Below, piece after piece: positions 28,280 to 42,032 of a DNA stretch of 64,000 nt. The DNA is from Trichoplax adhaerens (taxonomy: Eukaryota; Animalia; Placozoa), in NCBI RefSeq assembly GCF_000150275.1, contig NW_002060948.1:2093906-2157905 (forward strand), written 5' to 3'. Both the position numbers and the translations under genes were made by a program. The notes below the pieces were generated by a model. It saw only the letters and a program-made list of their open reading frames with translations, did no database searches and had not been told where the DNA came from. Every line of letters starts with the position of its first letter. Within the stretch, counting starts at the first letter, position 1.

Positions 28280-30610
28280 GAAATTATTGCTTGTGTTATA
28301 AATATAATGTGCTGCTATGGTTAGACACTAAATACTAAAATGTGATAGAATGAGTAAACAGCTGGCTCTAATGTTTTTGGTGGTTACCACCAATTTTCTT
28401 TATTCAAGTCTCTCTCTTCTCTCACTGTGCACACGACTATTTACTAAGCTATCATGATGAAAAAATTTGCAGAGATCTAAAATTATTAGAGTTACTGCTA
28501 ACTTTAAACGTAATACGAGAAAAAATGTCGACAAGCTAGGATTCATGAAGCAGCTGTACGTAGATGCAGAATATTTAAGTCGAAATATTGGCCATGTGTT
28601 CATGTTTGTACGTCTTATCTAGTTATTTACATACTCTGTGATTACTACACGTTTGATAATATCGTTATATATTTTGATCCTAATTCATGCAACTGCCAAA
28701 CGACCCGTTAATCTTAGGCATACGTATATTTTATATAATACTCTTTGATGCGTTTCACAAAATATAGTTATCATGCCTTTGTGACATCTTGGGCAAGGCT
28801 TAAATTCTGTATGTAGAAATTTGTATCATCTTATTAATATTGCATTTAACACCGAATATTTAAGAAGTCTTACATATTTCTTCTCTTAGTACTATTTGTA
28901 TGGAATAAAAGTGATATGGACAGCAGAAGATGTGTTATTATTATTATTATTATTTGTCGATATTCGTAGACGTTAATTACACAGTTAATTATTGAGAAAT
29001 ACAAAGGAATACTTTAAATAGTGGCCACTGGTTTGCAATTTACATAATTAATCGATTGAATTGGAAACGTCTGTCTATCTAGGCGAAAATGTTGGTAGAT
29101 TTAAAGTTATTAACTGAATCATTTTAATTAACTTTAATACTAAACTTTTATTACTTGTACGTACTTACGATAAAGAATAATAATAGCACCATTAATATTG
29201 TCGCATATATTATGGAATCAAATTATCACAAAATATGAAATATTGCACATTCTAGGGAAATAACTCCGGTATTTGATAAAATTTAGATGCTATCTAAATC
29301 TTTCTACAATCGCCCGGGGTGACCAAAGTTATCATCTGCTCTCGGTTGCTTATAAGATATACTGTACGTAATACCGTCGCAATAGCAATAGAATACACTA
29401 AATATGGTAAAAGTAATTGATCTTTATGCTTTTTTGTTTTGATTAGCTAATTATCCATGTTGTAGGTCTTGTATCAAAGTTTACTGCATTACCTTTGATA
29501 ATTCCGACTACACTTAGATATTATCTGTACTAGAGTTGGAAAAAGACCCAATTTCCCTTAAAGTGAACAACGGATTTTGGGTTAAGCTAAAAAAATATAA
29601 GTTTTACTTAAACACAAAGGAATCACGACATTTATCATGTTTAAAATTGCCTATCTGGACGATCGCGATCGTCGAGAATGCCAACATTGATCGGTATAAA
29701 TGATAAAATCTTAGAATATTACTTTCTTTGATATCTCGCCTATAATTTTCGTTTATGCACTAATTTTATTGTTTATCCAACACCTTTACTGCTCCTTTAC
29801 AATGTTACTAAATTATTTATTCTAAAATTCACACAGTAAAACCATCACAAATACATATGTATGTTCGTGAGTTACGTGCGTACACATCAGGGGAAAATGC
29901 ATCGTCTAGGGATACCCTAAGGTATGCCTTGTCCCAGGCGTATACAATCAATTCACCATCAATAATAGTCAGTCAGAGATAGGCTTAATCAGATACAAAC
30001 GATATAAACGATAAATACTACGAGCGCATCGTTTACTGACGTTAAATGAACAAACGTAAATTTCCACGCACTAATTTACTCACAATATCGTGTATCCCTT
30101 ATCGCAGAGCAGATAATAAAGAATGTCTCGGGAGTGGTATATGATTATGTGAACGGTATCATATGATGCTGTTGTAATACTGGAACTCGATTTAAAGATC
30201 ACGACTTCGGTGTTATACATAATCCTGTAAATAACTGCCAATATCGGAATCATATTCAGCAACTTCGCTCGAATCACATATAGTTCGTACTAGATAGTAG
30301 CTGCTACATCACAATAATGTAATCAATATATACGCGTGCAAACCAATGATTAGATATTAAATTATTTATTTCAGTCACTTCAATATCAGCTGCAATAAAA
30401 ACAAGTTAGTTTAACGGACTACTATTCGAATTTTTAACACAGAGAATTTTACAGCAGTATTATTTCAATTTTCGCGGTCCTGTAAGTACAAAGTGCTCTA
30501 AAATTTGCCTATTAATGTCAATTTTAACATTAAAATGTAACAATTTTCTGTAAAATGTACCAGTGTCAATTATATATAAATAAGATAGTTAATTCTGATA
30601 AGAAATATTA

Positions 30611-33600
30611 CTAATTTTTTGGTTGCATTTCTTTCCAAACATTATTAATTTTTTCATTAATATTAGAGAGACCATCAAAACCTTGCAGACTATTCACAAA
30701 AAATAGCAGCTCCGATGTAACCAAACTAAGAGAAAAATGTCGCATATGCTGTCAACGCCTTATATGATAAAGAATAAAATTTGACAAAAAATTCTTGTAA
30801 TCGTCAATATCTTACCCGTGTTGAGAGCCACCATCATCTGATATTTCATGATTCGTTAAACGAACTTTTAGACGAGATATGAAGCAGTTCATAATTTCGT
30901 CAAATAAATCCTATCGTACAACAAACAGTGACTCCATGTTAGCACTTTGGCAAAACTCTAAATTCTATTATTATGACTTTTCTTAATATGAATATACCTT
31001 AACGTGTTCTTTAGGTAGAAGATCCGATAAAGCATCATGTAACTTTGCTACTTGCTTAATCATACCACGAAAACACTGCGATGGCGTCGGTGCTTTTACT
31101 TCCCACTAAATACAAATATTTAAAAGTTCTTGTTAATCAAAATCATTATAAATGTCCTATGAATAATATCAATCAATTTTATAGTAAATGAATAAATAAA
31201 CAAAGACTAACTTTGCCTAACTGAGTAAAAAATACTGTGTCCATTATTGAAATTAACTTAGAATCAATTTCTTGGCAGTGATTCTGATAATCCTATTGAA
31301 TTGATCATAGAATAAATCAATTTTTTTAAAGACCTGTGGCTAGTCTCACAGTTATATGATTATTGAAATTTAAAATGATATTTCTAATCTCAAATGTATC
31401 TACCTGGAGTAAATGATCGAACTTTGTTAAAAGAATATGCTTCTTTGGAGGCAACATAGATTGAAAATAGGTTTTAATTTGCGGAATATATATCGTCATA
31501 ACTTGTAAGCACCGGTAAGCTAAAGCTGAATGCAATAATAGATTGTATAAAAATAAGGAAATAAAGAATCTAAGATATCAACAGATTTTAACAAAATTTT
31601 AATATATCTACCTAAATGCTTAGAAGTAATTGTTCTTAATCCAACGACTTGCAAAGCGCCAGCTCCTAGTACCAATTGGCATGTTCTAGAATTAAATAAC
31701 TATACAAACAAGAAAAAATTTTAAAACCTATGCTTACAAAGAAATAGCGATTGATACCGATGACTTATAATTTACCTTAAGAATTTCGGCAACTTTATTA
31801 ATCATATCCAAGGTTAGCATAGGGACGTCATTAATGCACTCGCAATATTCAATTGCCATTTTTAATAGTATAAGGAGTGTCCTAACAGTTACAATATCAA
31901 GATTTATTTAGTTTTAATACCATATTGGATCAAAAAAATAATTTTTGAATACTCTATATAACTGCATCAGCAACAACATCGTGATTCTTACCCAATTACA
32001 GCATATTTTTCTCCTTTAATGACAAGAACTTTCAATGGAGAATCAGACGGAGTAGAAACTGAAAATGGAAATACACCAATTAGGTAAGAGTGTAACCAAA
32101 GGCTTATACAATAATTAATCAAAGAACATCAATCTTGTCAAATTTAATAGTACCATTTTGTCGAGATATTTTCTGAATTGCTCCTGCAATACCATCCTTA
32201 TCGAGTTCATCTACAAGAGCTTGAAATTCAGGCGGAACATCCGCTTGCTTCCATTGCTCATTATCAAGGATTAAACTATATCATTAAATCAGAAAAAATA
32301 AATTATTAATTATAAAAATACATCATTTCGCGATGATAGTAATATCAGAAACAGTAAGGCATAACATAAGGCATAACATAAGAGATAAACGTAAGCGTAA
32401 ATTCTATAAAACATTTGTTAATACCTTATCTTTGTTCTGCGTTCATCATGAAATTTTTCTACAAATTTCCTAGCCTAATCATTGCATAGAAAATAATAGT
32501 CTCATAATAAAAGTCACGAAAGATAACAGTATCGATAAATTTCTTACTTGAGCCATCAAGGTGCCGCTAAGGCTATGCATTTGACGACCGCAGATACCCT
32601 CCGTTTCGGCAATGAATTGGTGAATAGAACGAATCAGCACCATAAAATCCGATGAAGTTAATCTTTCTAGGCAGTCATCCTGTAAGGTAAAAAATTGATC
32701 AGAATTAAAGACCCTACTACTTAGTCTTTACTTAACCTAAGTTTTCATCAACTTCTTCATAATGCTTACTTTTGCCCTTATTCCGAGTAGCTTAGCTAAG
32801 CGAACATGTGATAATTCGCATGCGGCACATAACAATTCCTTACTATCGTTGATAATTTTCTCATGATCGATATCATTTACGACCGATTCAGTATCACTGA
32901 TTAGAACGACGGAAAAACAACTAGTATTAATAAATTTACCATATAGCTTGAAATTTTAATTGATAGTTAGTTTAACAAACTTTTCGGAGATATTAGATGT
33001 CTTTCCTTCGATACTTTCTCGATCAGACTCATGGGAATCAGTATTTCCGGTATCATGATCACAATCCTTAGATTTTGATTTATTGGCGGTACCAGCAATC
33101 TCCATAACTAAATCATGTAGACTCTATAATATATTAATAAAAAATTAATACAGTAATTAATAATATTTCAACCAGTAATTCTATACCTGCAGCAGTCAAG
33201 AACATACCTTAATTCTATGTAAAATAATCAATATATTGCTAAAGATATGTTGCAGCATGTCTATCCATTGCGGAAAGTTAAGTTGCCGGACATGTTCTGT
33301 TAAATTACTATACAGTAGAAAAACAATTATAAGAATGCAAGATCCGTTGACATATATGATAATTTACATTACATTATAATTATAACTTCAATTTTAGATC
33401 GCTATTACCTAGGATAGTAGTCAAGATTTCTATTATTTTCTTCCATAACGGACATATCAATATCAGATACAAATTCGGCCACCGACTAATTTTAAGAACA
33501 AATAGTAGCTTATATAATAAATATTTGAATATATAACATAGCTGACAATGCAAAGTAACCTGCTTAACGGTAGCTTTAATAGCATTAAACGATTCTTCTC

Positions 33601-35579
33601 TAAATGTATTTAAGAAATTAAGCTTTTTCTGTCGCAATAGTCCAAATAATACCGACAATAATCGATCCTTAAAAATTAGAAATATAAATAATTCTTAAAA
33701 TAATATTCTAATAAGGTACGAAAATAATTGATAGCTGTTTACCTCATCATCAACTATTGTTGGCTCAGAATTCTTTTCAATTGGTTTATTTAATTCTTTT
33801 GCAATCAACTCTACAAAGTTAGCTTCCATCATTTTGACGATTACTTTTTCCATTTCAGTTAGCTGAGAACCCAAATGTCTAAAAATTTACGGTAGTAAAC
33901 GATAATCACCATTAATTGAAACTTTCCTTAAATTTTAAAATTCTCAAGGTACCTGAAACTCTGTATTCCTGAAAGCTCTTGTTGTAAAACGTCTTGAGTT
34001 GTCGCTATTAAGTCTAAAGCACCAACATAATCCGAAGAGGAAAGCATTACTTGAATCATTGGTTGCGTTTGATGAACGGCACCCATCAATTTTAACTATT
34101 GTAAATAAAAAAATTAATTTTAGACCAAGACAAAGAGAACATATACTAAGTAACAATCGGATCAATGATTTTTAGTTAACCATCCAATAAATAAATTAAA
34201 TTACTATATGACCATAATAACCTTATGGAACACAGTTGCCGATCTTGCTCGACAACATTTCAATTTTAATACTTCCAAGCAGCTTTTGCATAAAATTTCA
34301 TTTATTATCATTAATTTTTCCCTATAGTAGCAACGTTACACGTCATTTATGAATGCCAATGCTATATTTCGAACAAATATAATAGTCACTATAATAAAAA
34401 TCCGGACTATACCTAAGAATTCGAATTTCAGCACATGTATAGGCGACTCGATCGACCACATCGTCTTGTGATGACATAGCGTTGAAAAAATCCTCAGATT
34501 TTAAAGATATTTGTCTTGCTAATTCTACCTCGGCAATATCTAAGTAATGTGTAAGCTATAAAATGATATACTATTAATATCCAATTAACCGTTCCCAATA
34601 CCAAACAACTTCACATGCTCAAATTTGACTGCATAGATTTAGTAGCGCTACCTTTTCTTGCAAGAGCTTAGCGGAAGCGCGTGGTCTCGGACTTATGTCT
34701 TTGTCTGGCACTGCAGCATTCTCAAATTGGGACCAAGGTAGTACAGCATTAAATGTGTCTGGATCTTCCAAAGCAAATTTAGGTTCAAGAAATACCTACA
34801 ATGCATACAATTATATGAAAATTGAATGATCGTATGGTGTTACCGGTATCATTACACAAGAGTTCATGTAAAAGGGTTTACAAAAAAATTGCAAAATTGA
34901 AGGTTTACACATACCTTTGGTATAAGATCTAAATCTTTGGAAACGTTGTTAACTATTGGATAGAAATAGTCAATTTAAAGCTTTTATATTAGAAGACTCA
35001 AACTCAATCATAGATATATATATTTTACATTAAAATAATAATCCCATTGTTTACATAATGGTAGCCGTTTTATTTTAGCTTACCTCGTTGTTTACTATCT
35101 AACTGGACCTTTCCATCACCAGTACTATCTTCTTTCTTTGATCCTATTCCTCCTTTTATGGACTTTTTATTCTTTTTATGTATTTTATAAGGCTGCATGA
35201 GTACGAACATATCAGCATTAGAATGAAAATTGAACGTTTCAATTTACTTTTGAGAATATATGCATTTACAAAGATATTGGATATACTACTGTACTGTAAA
35301 CTAATTGTAATTAACTAAACGAAATAGAACCAATAATATAAAATTCGATTTATATCTTTCTTACATGTGCTATTTTCGACCTATATTCATTAAAGTCTGA
35401 CAAATCAATCCATTCGACATAATGAGACGGCGGAATTATAGATGGTGGAACAAATTCTTCACCCCACGTTTTAGTAAAAAAGTCCGTTTCTCGGCGTCCC
35501 CTAGGATCATTCAATACTGCCGGTAAATTTTGTGCAGCACGAGCCGCAATTTTATTTTTCTCATTTTCATTCTTTGATC
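30611..35579 (-). CDS. VPS54: Vacuolar protein sorting-associated protein 54 (GARP subunit), multi-exon; 5'-most exon(s) further upstream
   Basis: QNLPAVLNDPRGRRETDFFTKTWG (35579-35366), LQEK|LTHYLDIAEVELARQISLKSEDFFNAMSSQD, LFNSRTCQLVLGAGALQVVGLRTITSKHL, WEVKAPTPSQCF, terminal LVTSELLFFVNSLQGFDGL...WKEMQPKN* (TAG at 30613-30611). Confidence 0.95.
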
Positions 35580-37369
35580 CTAAATATGGATAGATAATAA
35601 TTCATTATTAAATATTAAAAATTGGTTAGCAGCACGAAAACGAAATCTCATTTAAATTCATCTTATAATAGTGAAAAATCAAATCATGCGATGCAATGTA
35701 TCAATAAAAGAATTGTTTAAATATCTTTGTATAAAGTTAAAACTCTTCTTACAGCAAATGGGATACCTAAGTTAATTCAGTCGTAAAGCTTCGGCCAAGT
35801 TTATACATTTACATTAACCAAACTCACTAAGTTTAGATAGAATATTATAGTGCAGCTCGTTCGTAAACGCTATGCTGAAATTTATATCGCTTTAAAAGGT
35901 CTTAATTATAAACTATCAGTGATCCCCATTTAGTACCGGTATATTCAATACTAGTCCTCAAAGTGAACATTTAGAAAATTCTTGACGATGAATGCAGTTA
36001 ATTCTGTTACGCTAGCGAATAACTATTAATTTACTTGAGCTCAAAGAAAGTAATTCAAAATAAGAAATATACTCTTCAAGCACAACAGCAGTAATACTTA
36101 ATATTTACCCTATGCAGAAACATAGGGTATCACATCTGCATAATTAGTTTCACGAAGAACTTACAGTTAGATTATAATTATATGCAGCCCTTATATTGTC
36201 ACCATTCTTACGCAATTATCATCAACGACTAATTTTGACCGTACATTTCTCTATTTAAAACACCTGCAATATATGTAAGCGGTATAATATTGTAGTTCTC
36301 TTAGCCTATTAAGGACTTTAAAATGCTCTAAATTGAGATAAAATAAAGTGGAAGTTAAATCATTATAATCTGTCGTTTGAAGCAGTAGTTTTTATAACTT
36401 AAATTAATGATAAAAGTCGATTGATAATAACATTACGTCGAAAAATAAGTATAAAATTTAATTTTTATATTTCATCATCAATATCTCTGATGCTATTCTG
36501 GCAGTCCTGAATATTACTATAGGCAAATCAATGACTACATATACGTGCGGTTATGGACTTTTCGATTTTAAAATGTAGAAGGCCATGGTGTGGTATTCTC
36601 ATATTTATTTTTTTAGGTATTTGAATTAAAGTGTTGGTAGCTTCTCCAGTAGTAATAATAAATCAAATGAAACATTTATCTATTACCAGTGTAACACATT
36701 TCTATCAGTACATAGCTAACCACCTCATTTATAACGATAAAGTGCCCACAAAATATTCATATTACAGATACATTACCAACAAGTTGTCATACCACCTTTC
36801 CGATTTTAATTATCGAGAAATTGACATTGTTCTATTTTAATTATTTAAAAATCTGATAGTGTCCACTCAATCTCTTTTGAAAATGATGTGATGAATAACG
36901 ATTGTATTAATAGAAGACTGAGAGAGTAATTTTCCACTTTTCTACGCACGAATTCCCTTACCCTTTGATAAGAATATCTCGAATCTGAATGAGTTCATAC
37001 AATTAATTGCCAATAAAATTATAACTGACGTCCTAAAAATTTCTATAGGACATAACAATATGTTCAATGGGATAATAGTTGACATATTAAGCGATTCATT
37101 TTCTACTTTAACTATTCTTAAAATGTAAATTTGACGATAAGCCTGCCATTATGGATACTATAGAAAACAAGTAGTACAGTATTGCAATTGCTAAGGCAGT
37201 CGGTTTATCATCATTCAATTACGCCCCAATAGTAATAGGAAGATATCAGACATCTTAGCCATTACTCTATAAAACTTGAAATCCTGTACACCTATGATTA
37301 TTGTTAATAATTAATTACATAACATATTCATTGGCTTCATGGAAGCTGAGCACTGTCCCAATATCCATT

Positions 37370-37660
37370 CCTAGACTTCTGTGTTAAGCATATGGTGCCA
37401 TTGTTGGATGTAGAGCGGTTATTGCATCGGCCAGACCGATGGTAGCAACGTATTGAATCAATCTGCTGTGCAACGCCTTGTAATCAAGGATAAAATTTGT
37501 ATCATGTACTAGAGATGATGCAAGGTAACCAAAATAGTAGGTAACAACAGAGAGATGATTTACTATCGGATCATTTATGAATGAAGAATTGCTAGGGAAT
37601 TCATCATGGATGATATAGTCATAAAATTATCATGGCCAGAATATTCATAGACTGTATAGT
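37370..37660 (+). pseudogene. Decayed coding-like relic (Nup85-like by eye) in the region 5' of the recognised VPS54 exons
   Basis: LDFCVKHMVPLLDVERLLHRPDRW*QRIESICC...NLYHVLEMMQGN and EELLGNSSW / IIMARIF, with in-frame stops. Confidence 0.25.
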
Positions 37661-38532
37661 ATAAAGCTGATATAGATCCAACATCAATAACTAACAACGA
37701 TTCTCAATGTATCCATCAATAGCCATTTTCCTCATTTAACCTATCAGGCAATATTACTGTACGGCAGTCCAGTAGATTATGAATGGCTGATGGCATCCAT
37801 CAAACATGTACGCGTGTTCTATTATGTGCACTAGGCTACTAGCAGCTTGATTGCTATCGTGTAATTAAGTGAAATAGAAGTCAAGATTACGGCTTGTGCT
37901 AAACTAGTTGGTAATTTTATTCTATTGTGTAGAGGGTATAGAGTAATTGCAATACCTTCAAGTCAACGTGGCTATAACTCGATGATCTATTGTCGTTGAA
38001 AATTAGTTGTAAAATCACGTAATGCGTGCAGTATACAGTATATTTTATTTTAGACAGGCTAACGGATGTTGAACTCTTGTACATCAATATATTATCATTG
38101 TCCATACCGTCAATGAGATCCGATAGATCAATGTATCCTGATGATCATCATTGACGAGATTGGCAGCGAATGCTACCGAGTAGTACAACATAATATAGAT
38201 TGAGGCCGTTACCTTTTCGCTGCAAAGGGCAAAATACTATGTATTTCTGTAAATAGGCATTGAATCCAATACTACGTACGATTAATAATAGTCAGAAGCG
38301 TATTTATTTACAGCGTGTAGTCAATAAGTGCGTAGGATGATATATCCAATCTGTGTCTGACGATAGCGTAGTACTAGCAAATGGTTCATCTTTAGTTACT
38401 ACAATGATGACAACAATCTCTATAAGCTTTGCCTTGACGATCATTCCAACTATGCTGCTATAGCCTATAGTGATACCATGATCTATCAACTTCCATGTAA
38501 AGTAAGCTAAGATTGAATGCGTTCAACCTATG

Positions 38533-38882
38533 GAAAGATATACGAGTATCTGCCATGCACATATATCATGATGATGGTAATTTGATGCCATTACAGTCAA
38601 GAGACTAACTGATGATTCAAACTTGTAGGACTGTGTCATGATAGAATCCATTGGAGTGTACTACTTTGTACTAATCTACCCGTATTCTACATCAGATCAT
38701 GACTCTATGACCATAGAAAGATATACGAGTATCTGCCATGTACGTATATCATGATGATGGTAATTTGATGCCATTACAGTCAAGAAACGAACTGATGATT
38801 CAAACTAGTAGAACTGTGTCATGATAAAATCCATTGGAGTGTACTACTTTGTACTAATTGAGCCATATTCTACGTCTGATCA
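38533..38882. repeat. Tandem duplication, 2 x ~183 bp
   Basis: gaaagatatacgagtatctgccatg... at 38533 and 38716. Confidence 0.95.
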
Positions 38883-39091
38883 TTTACTGCACTTGTACTG
38901 GTATTTTGTCTACTTTTTTATGCTTCAATAACGATATTGTTTATAATTGGAATAGACTAACAAGTCATCAAAGGATCAAGATATTCTGGGACCCATCGCT
39001 AATACAATCCCATTTTTAAAACCATCTCTATTTCGTGATTCAACTCGTATCCAAAGGATATTACATTAACATCGTTTGAATCCGACTCAAC

Positions 39092-39457
39092 CTGTCGTCC
39101 AGTGATCATCATTGCCATTACCATCTCCGTATGGTAGAGGGCTAAAGGAGGCGCTTGTGTTTGGCCTGACTTGGCTACATTGAGATTCGGTTAAAAAAGG
39201 ATCGTCTACCTTGCAATCATCAACATGACGATAACCATGACTGTTTTCATTATGGACAGATCGACTAGTAAGTCTATCATTGATGTAGAACCCTTACTAT
39301 CATCAATAACTATCCAGACATAATGACTTGACATCATTTCCCTTTGGAAAAAGAGAACTGCTTGGACCTATTTCATTGTCTATTATCCATACTTACCCTG
39401 ACTTGTATCGCGTCGTTGACTTGGGGAATGGCTATAGGGCGGTGTTTGTGCTGACAT
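39092..39457 (-). CDS. Candidate 5' exons of VPS54
   Basis: ATG at 39457, MSAQTPPYSHSPSQRRDTSQ G|GTAAGT (phase 1, compatible with the phase-1 acceptor at 35579); a second open segment ~39292-39092 ends G|GTTGAG; adjacent to a footprint-rich promoter-like zone. Confidence 0.35.
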
Positions 39458-40263
39458 TGTGCCAGGTGGATCAATCTACTGCCTTAAACCATCAACAAAC
39501 GACGATTTAAATCCATCCTATCCAATTTTGCCATGAAGGAATATTGAAATTTTGCACTACTTTCCTTGGTGAAATTGGCTTGAAAATGAAGATATTGAAC
39601 ACTTGGAGTTAGCTCGACTCGACGATCGTTTCTCTGGCCAGTAAGCACGCATGCGTACCGTTACGGTACCGCAATCCTGCTAGGTGCCGAGCGATGAAAT
39701 TGAAACCTTTAGTGTCTATGCTGTACTCGACACTCATGTTTCAGTCACTAGAGCGACTGCTGGCGCTGACGCTTTACTGTGCCTGACCTGCTTTGACGAC
39801 TGCGCACAGTGCACAGTAGTCCTACAGTACAGTATTTACCGTACAGGGTACTGTACACTGTACTGGACGATCTCAAGTTGCTTGGCTTTTACGTTTAGTC
39901 CTGTATGTTGACTATGCTCCGAATGGCGTCCACTACTAGTATAGTATCCAGTGTTTTACAACATCCTTCTCACTCACTCCCAAATCAGAAATTAAGCCAT
40001 TCAACATCCTTCAATTTTGACGGCAATCCCGAAAAATACTCGTACAAGTCCATCCAATCAAGTTATTTTATGAGTAGATTGAACTAGGATACGATAACTC
40101 AATCAATACTACTGTACGACGGTGTTATGACTGCGGCGTTTAGTGTACTATACCTACGTCCTTCCCGAGGACATTCAATGAGGATTCCTCATTGAGGAAT
40201 ATGGTATAGGGTTGAACCGGTTATAACTGGAATGGATACGCTAGTGTCGTATGTTGATATAAT

Positions 40264-40693
40264 ATACATGTTCATAGACACACTACGAAAGGCACTCTGC
40301 TCTACACTTTACAGTAAAAGAAAAGTAGAGAGGGACTAGCATTTATGATGTTAAAATACACACTACGAATGGGCACTCTGCTCTACACTTTACTGTAAAA
40401 GAAAAGTAGAGAGGGACTAGCATTTATGATGTTAAAATACACACTACGAATGGGCACTCTGCTCTACACTTTACTGTACAGTAAAAGAGAGGGACTAGCA
40501 ACGACAGTTTGTTGCCAACAAATCTGCAGGCTGGCTGCTGGTCATTTTAGCTGTACATGTTCATATACACACTATGAATGGGCACTCTGCTCTACAATTT
40601 ACTGTATAATACAGTAAAAGAAAGTAGAGAGGGACTAGCAACGACAGTTTATTGCCAACAAATCTGCAGGCGGACTGCTGGTCATTTTAGCTG
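40264..40693. repeat. Compound tandem repeat (4 copies of a ~80 bp core plus a duplicated ~60 bp module)
   Basis: cacacta(c/t)gaa...ggcactctgctctaca...agagagggactagca x4; acgacagttt.ttgccaacaaatctgcagg x2. Confidence 0.95.
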
Positions 40694-40785
40694 CACCATA
40701 CGTACAGTGCAGCGTACAGTCATGGACTACGGTAACTGGATATTACTGTTCTCTACTAAAAGTCTTCTTTTCGTAGTCCATGGTA

Positions 40786-40967
40786 CTGTAGTGTGCAAAA
40801 GATTAAAGCCCTCACATCATTTTTCTCAATACTAAAAGCTGTTAAAATTGAAAATTTGAACATTATTGAAGCATCGTAAAATGGCATTTCCTAATATCAA
40901 AATTTCCAATTTCAACAGCTGTTAGTATCGAGAAAAATGGAGGGATCTAATCTTTTGCACACCACTG
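40786..40967. mobile_element. Tc1/mariner-type MITE (~182 bp, long TIRs, TA flanks)
   Basis: Left arm ta|ctgtagtgtgcaaaagattaaagccctc..catttttctcaatactaaaagctgttaaaattgaaaatttga is the imperfect reverse complement of the right arm, which reads ta|cagtggtgtgcaaaagattagatccctccatttttctcgatactaacagctgttgaaattggaaattttga on the - strand; a CAGTGG.. end and TA flanks are typical of Tc1-like elements. Confidence 0.8.
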
Positions 40968-41777
40968 TACAGTACGTGTATTGGATCAGACCACAAACCA
41001 TATAGGCCTCTATACTCTGTCTATACGTAACATATTATATGTCACGGCCAATATCCCAAGTATGCATTTTAAAGCTGGTCTGAACTGTCAGATTGACATA
41101 CTGAATTATAGTAGTAAGATGGTAAAATACGATAGTAAGAAAGTGATGGCGATGATAGCATAGTTAAGGCGTTGTGAGACTGTTATGCAGATCGTCAATT
41201 GTGCCTCACATACATCGTTGTCCTATGCATACTAACGTCTTGACATACTGAATTGTAAAATACTGTGTACTATAGTGCAAAAGTAACGACTATCATGGTC
41301 GATTAAATTCTAACGTACATCCACTGTTGTCCTACACTGACGTCTTATTACACATTGAGTGGTATTAGTGAGGTGGTGCAAATAGTTCAAAAAGCGATTT
41401 CGATTATTGCATGGTTAACACGTTGTTAGACTGTTGTGCAGATCGTCGATTCTATCTCAGATTCATTTATTCATTCATCGTTGTCCCACACGGACGTCTT
41501 TACCTACTCACTTGTATTAGTGAGGTTGAATATCATAGTACCTTAACTCGTCGTTGGACTGTGATACCGATCATGGATTAATCACTTATACTTGTATCTC
41601 AGATTCATTAATACACGGTCCACATGAATCAACCTATTTCCTATTTCATGCTACGCGTCTATTATTGTTAGCAGGCACCTAGTATTTCAATGAATGCCAC
41701 TTTTTATTCAATCTTGAATTCCAAATTTACCCGCTAGGAATAAAGTAAACTATTTGGCTTGCGAAAAGCTATCAATA

Positions 41778-42029
41778 TGACGTCATTGTTCATCGTTTCA
41801 TAACAACCTTTTGCTAATGGAAATTTTCTGTAATTACTTACTATGACAGCAATGAAAACATTTACAGAACAGTATACCGCACAACACGCGTTCAAATCAA
41901 GCATATACGCGTAGTAACCTACTACAATACTACAGCATTCGGAAACATCTACTGCAATTGCAGGTAACTGTGGGTTTCTAGCTGGTAATTAGTTTATTAA
42001 ATAATGACGTTGTTGGTTTCCATAACAAC
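41778..42029 (+). promoter_or_regulatory. Two CRE + RFX X-box-like composites upstream of the 42033 gene
   Basis: TGACGTCA 41778-41785 with GTTTCATAACAAC 41795-41807; TGACGT at 42005 with GTTTCCATAACAAC 42016-42029. Confidence 0.45.
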
Positions 42030-42032
42030 ACC

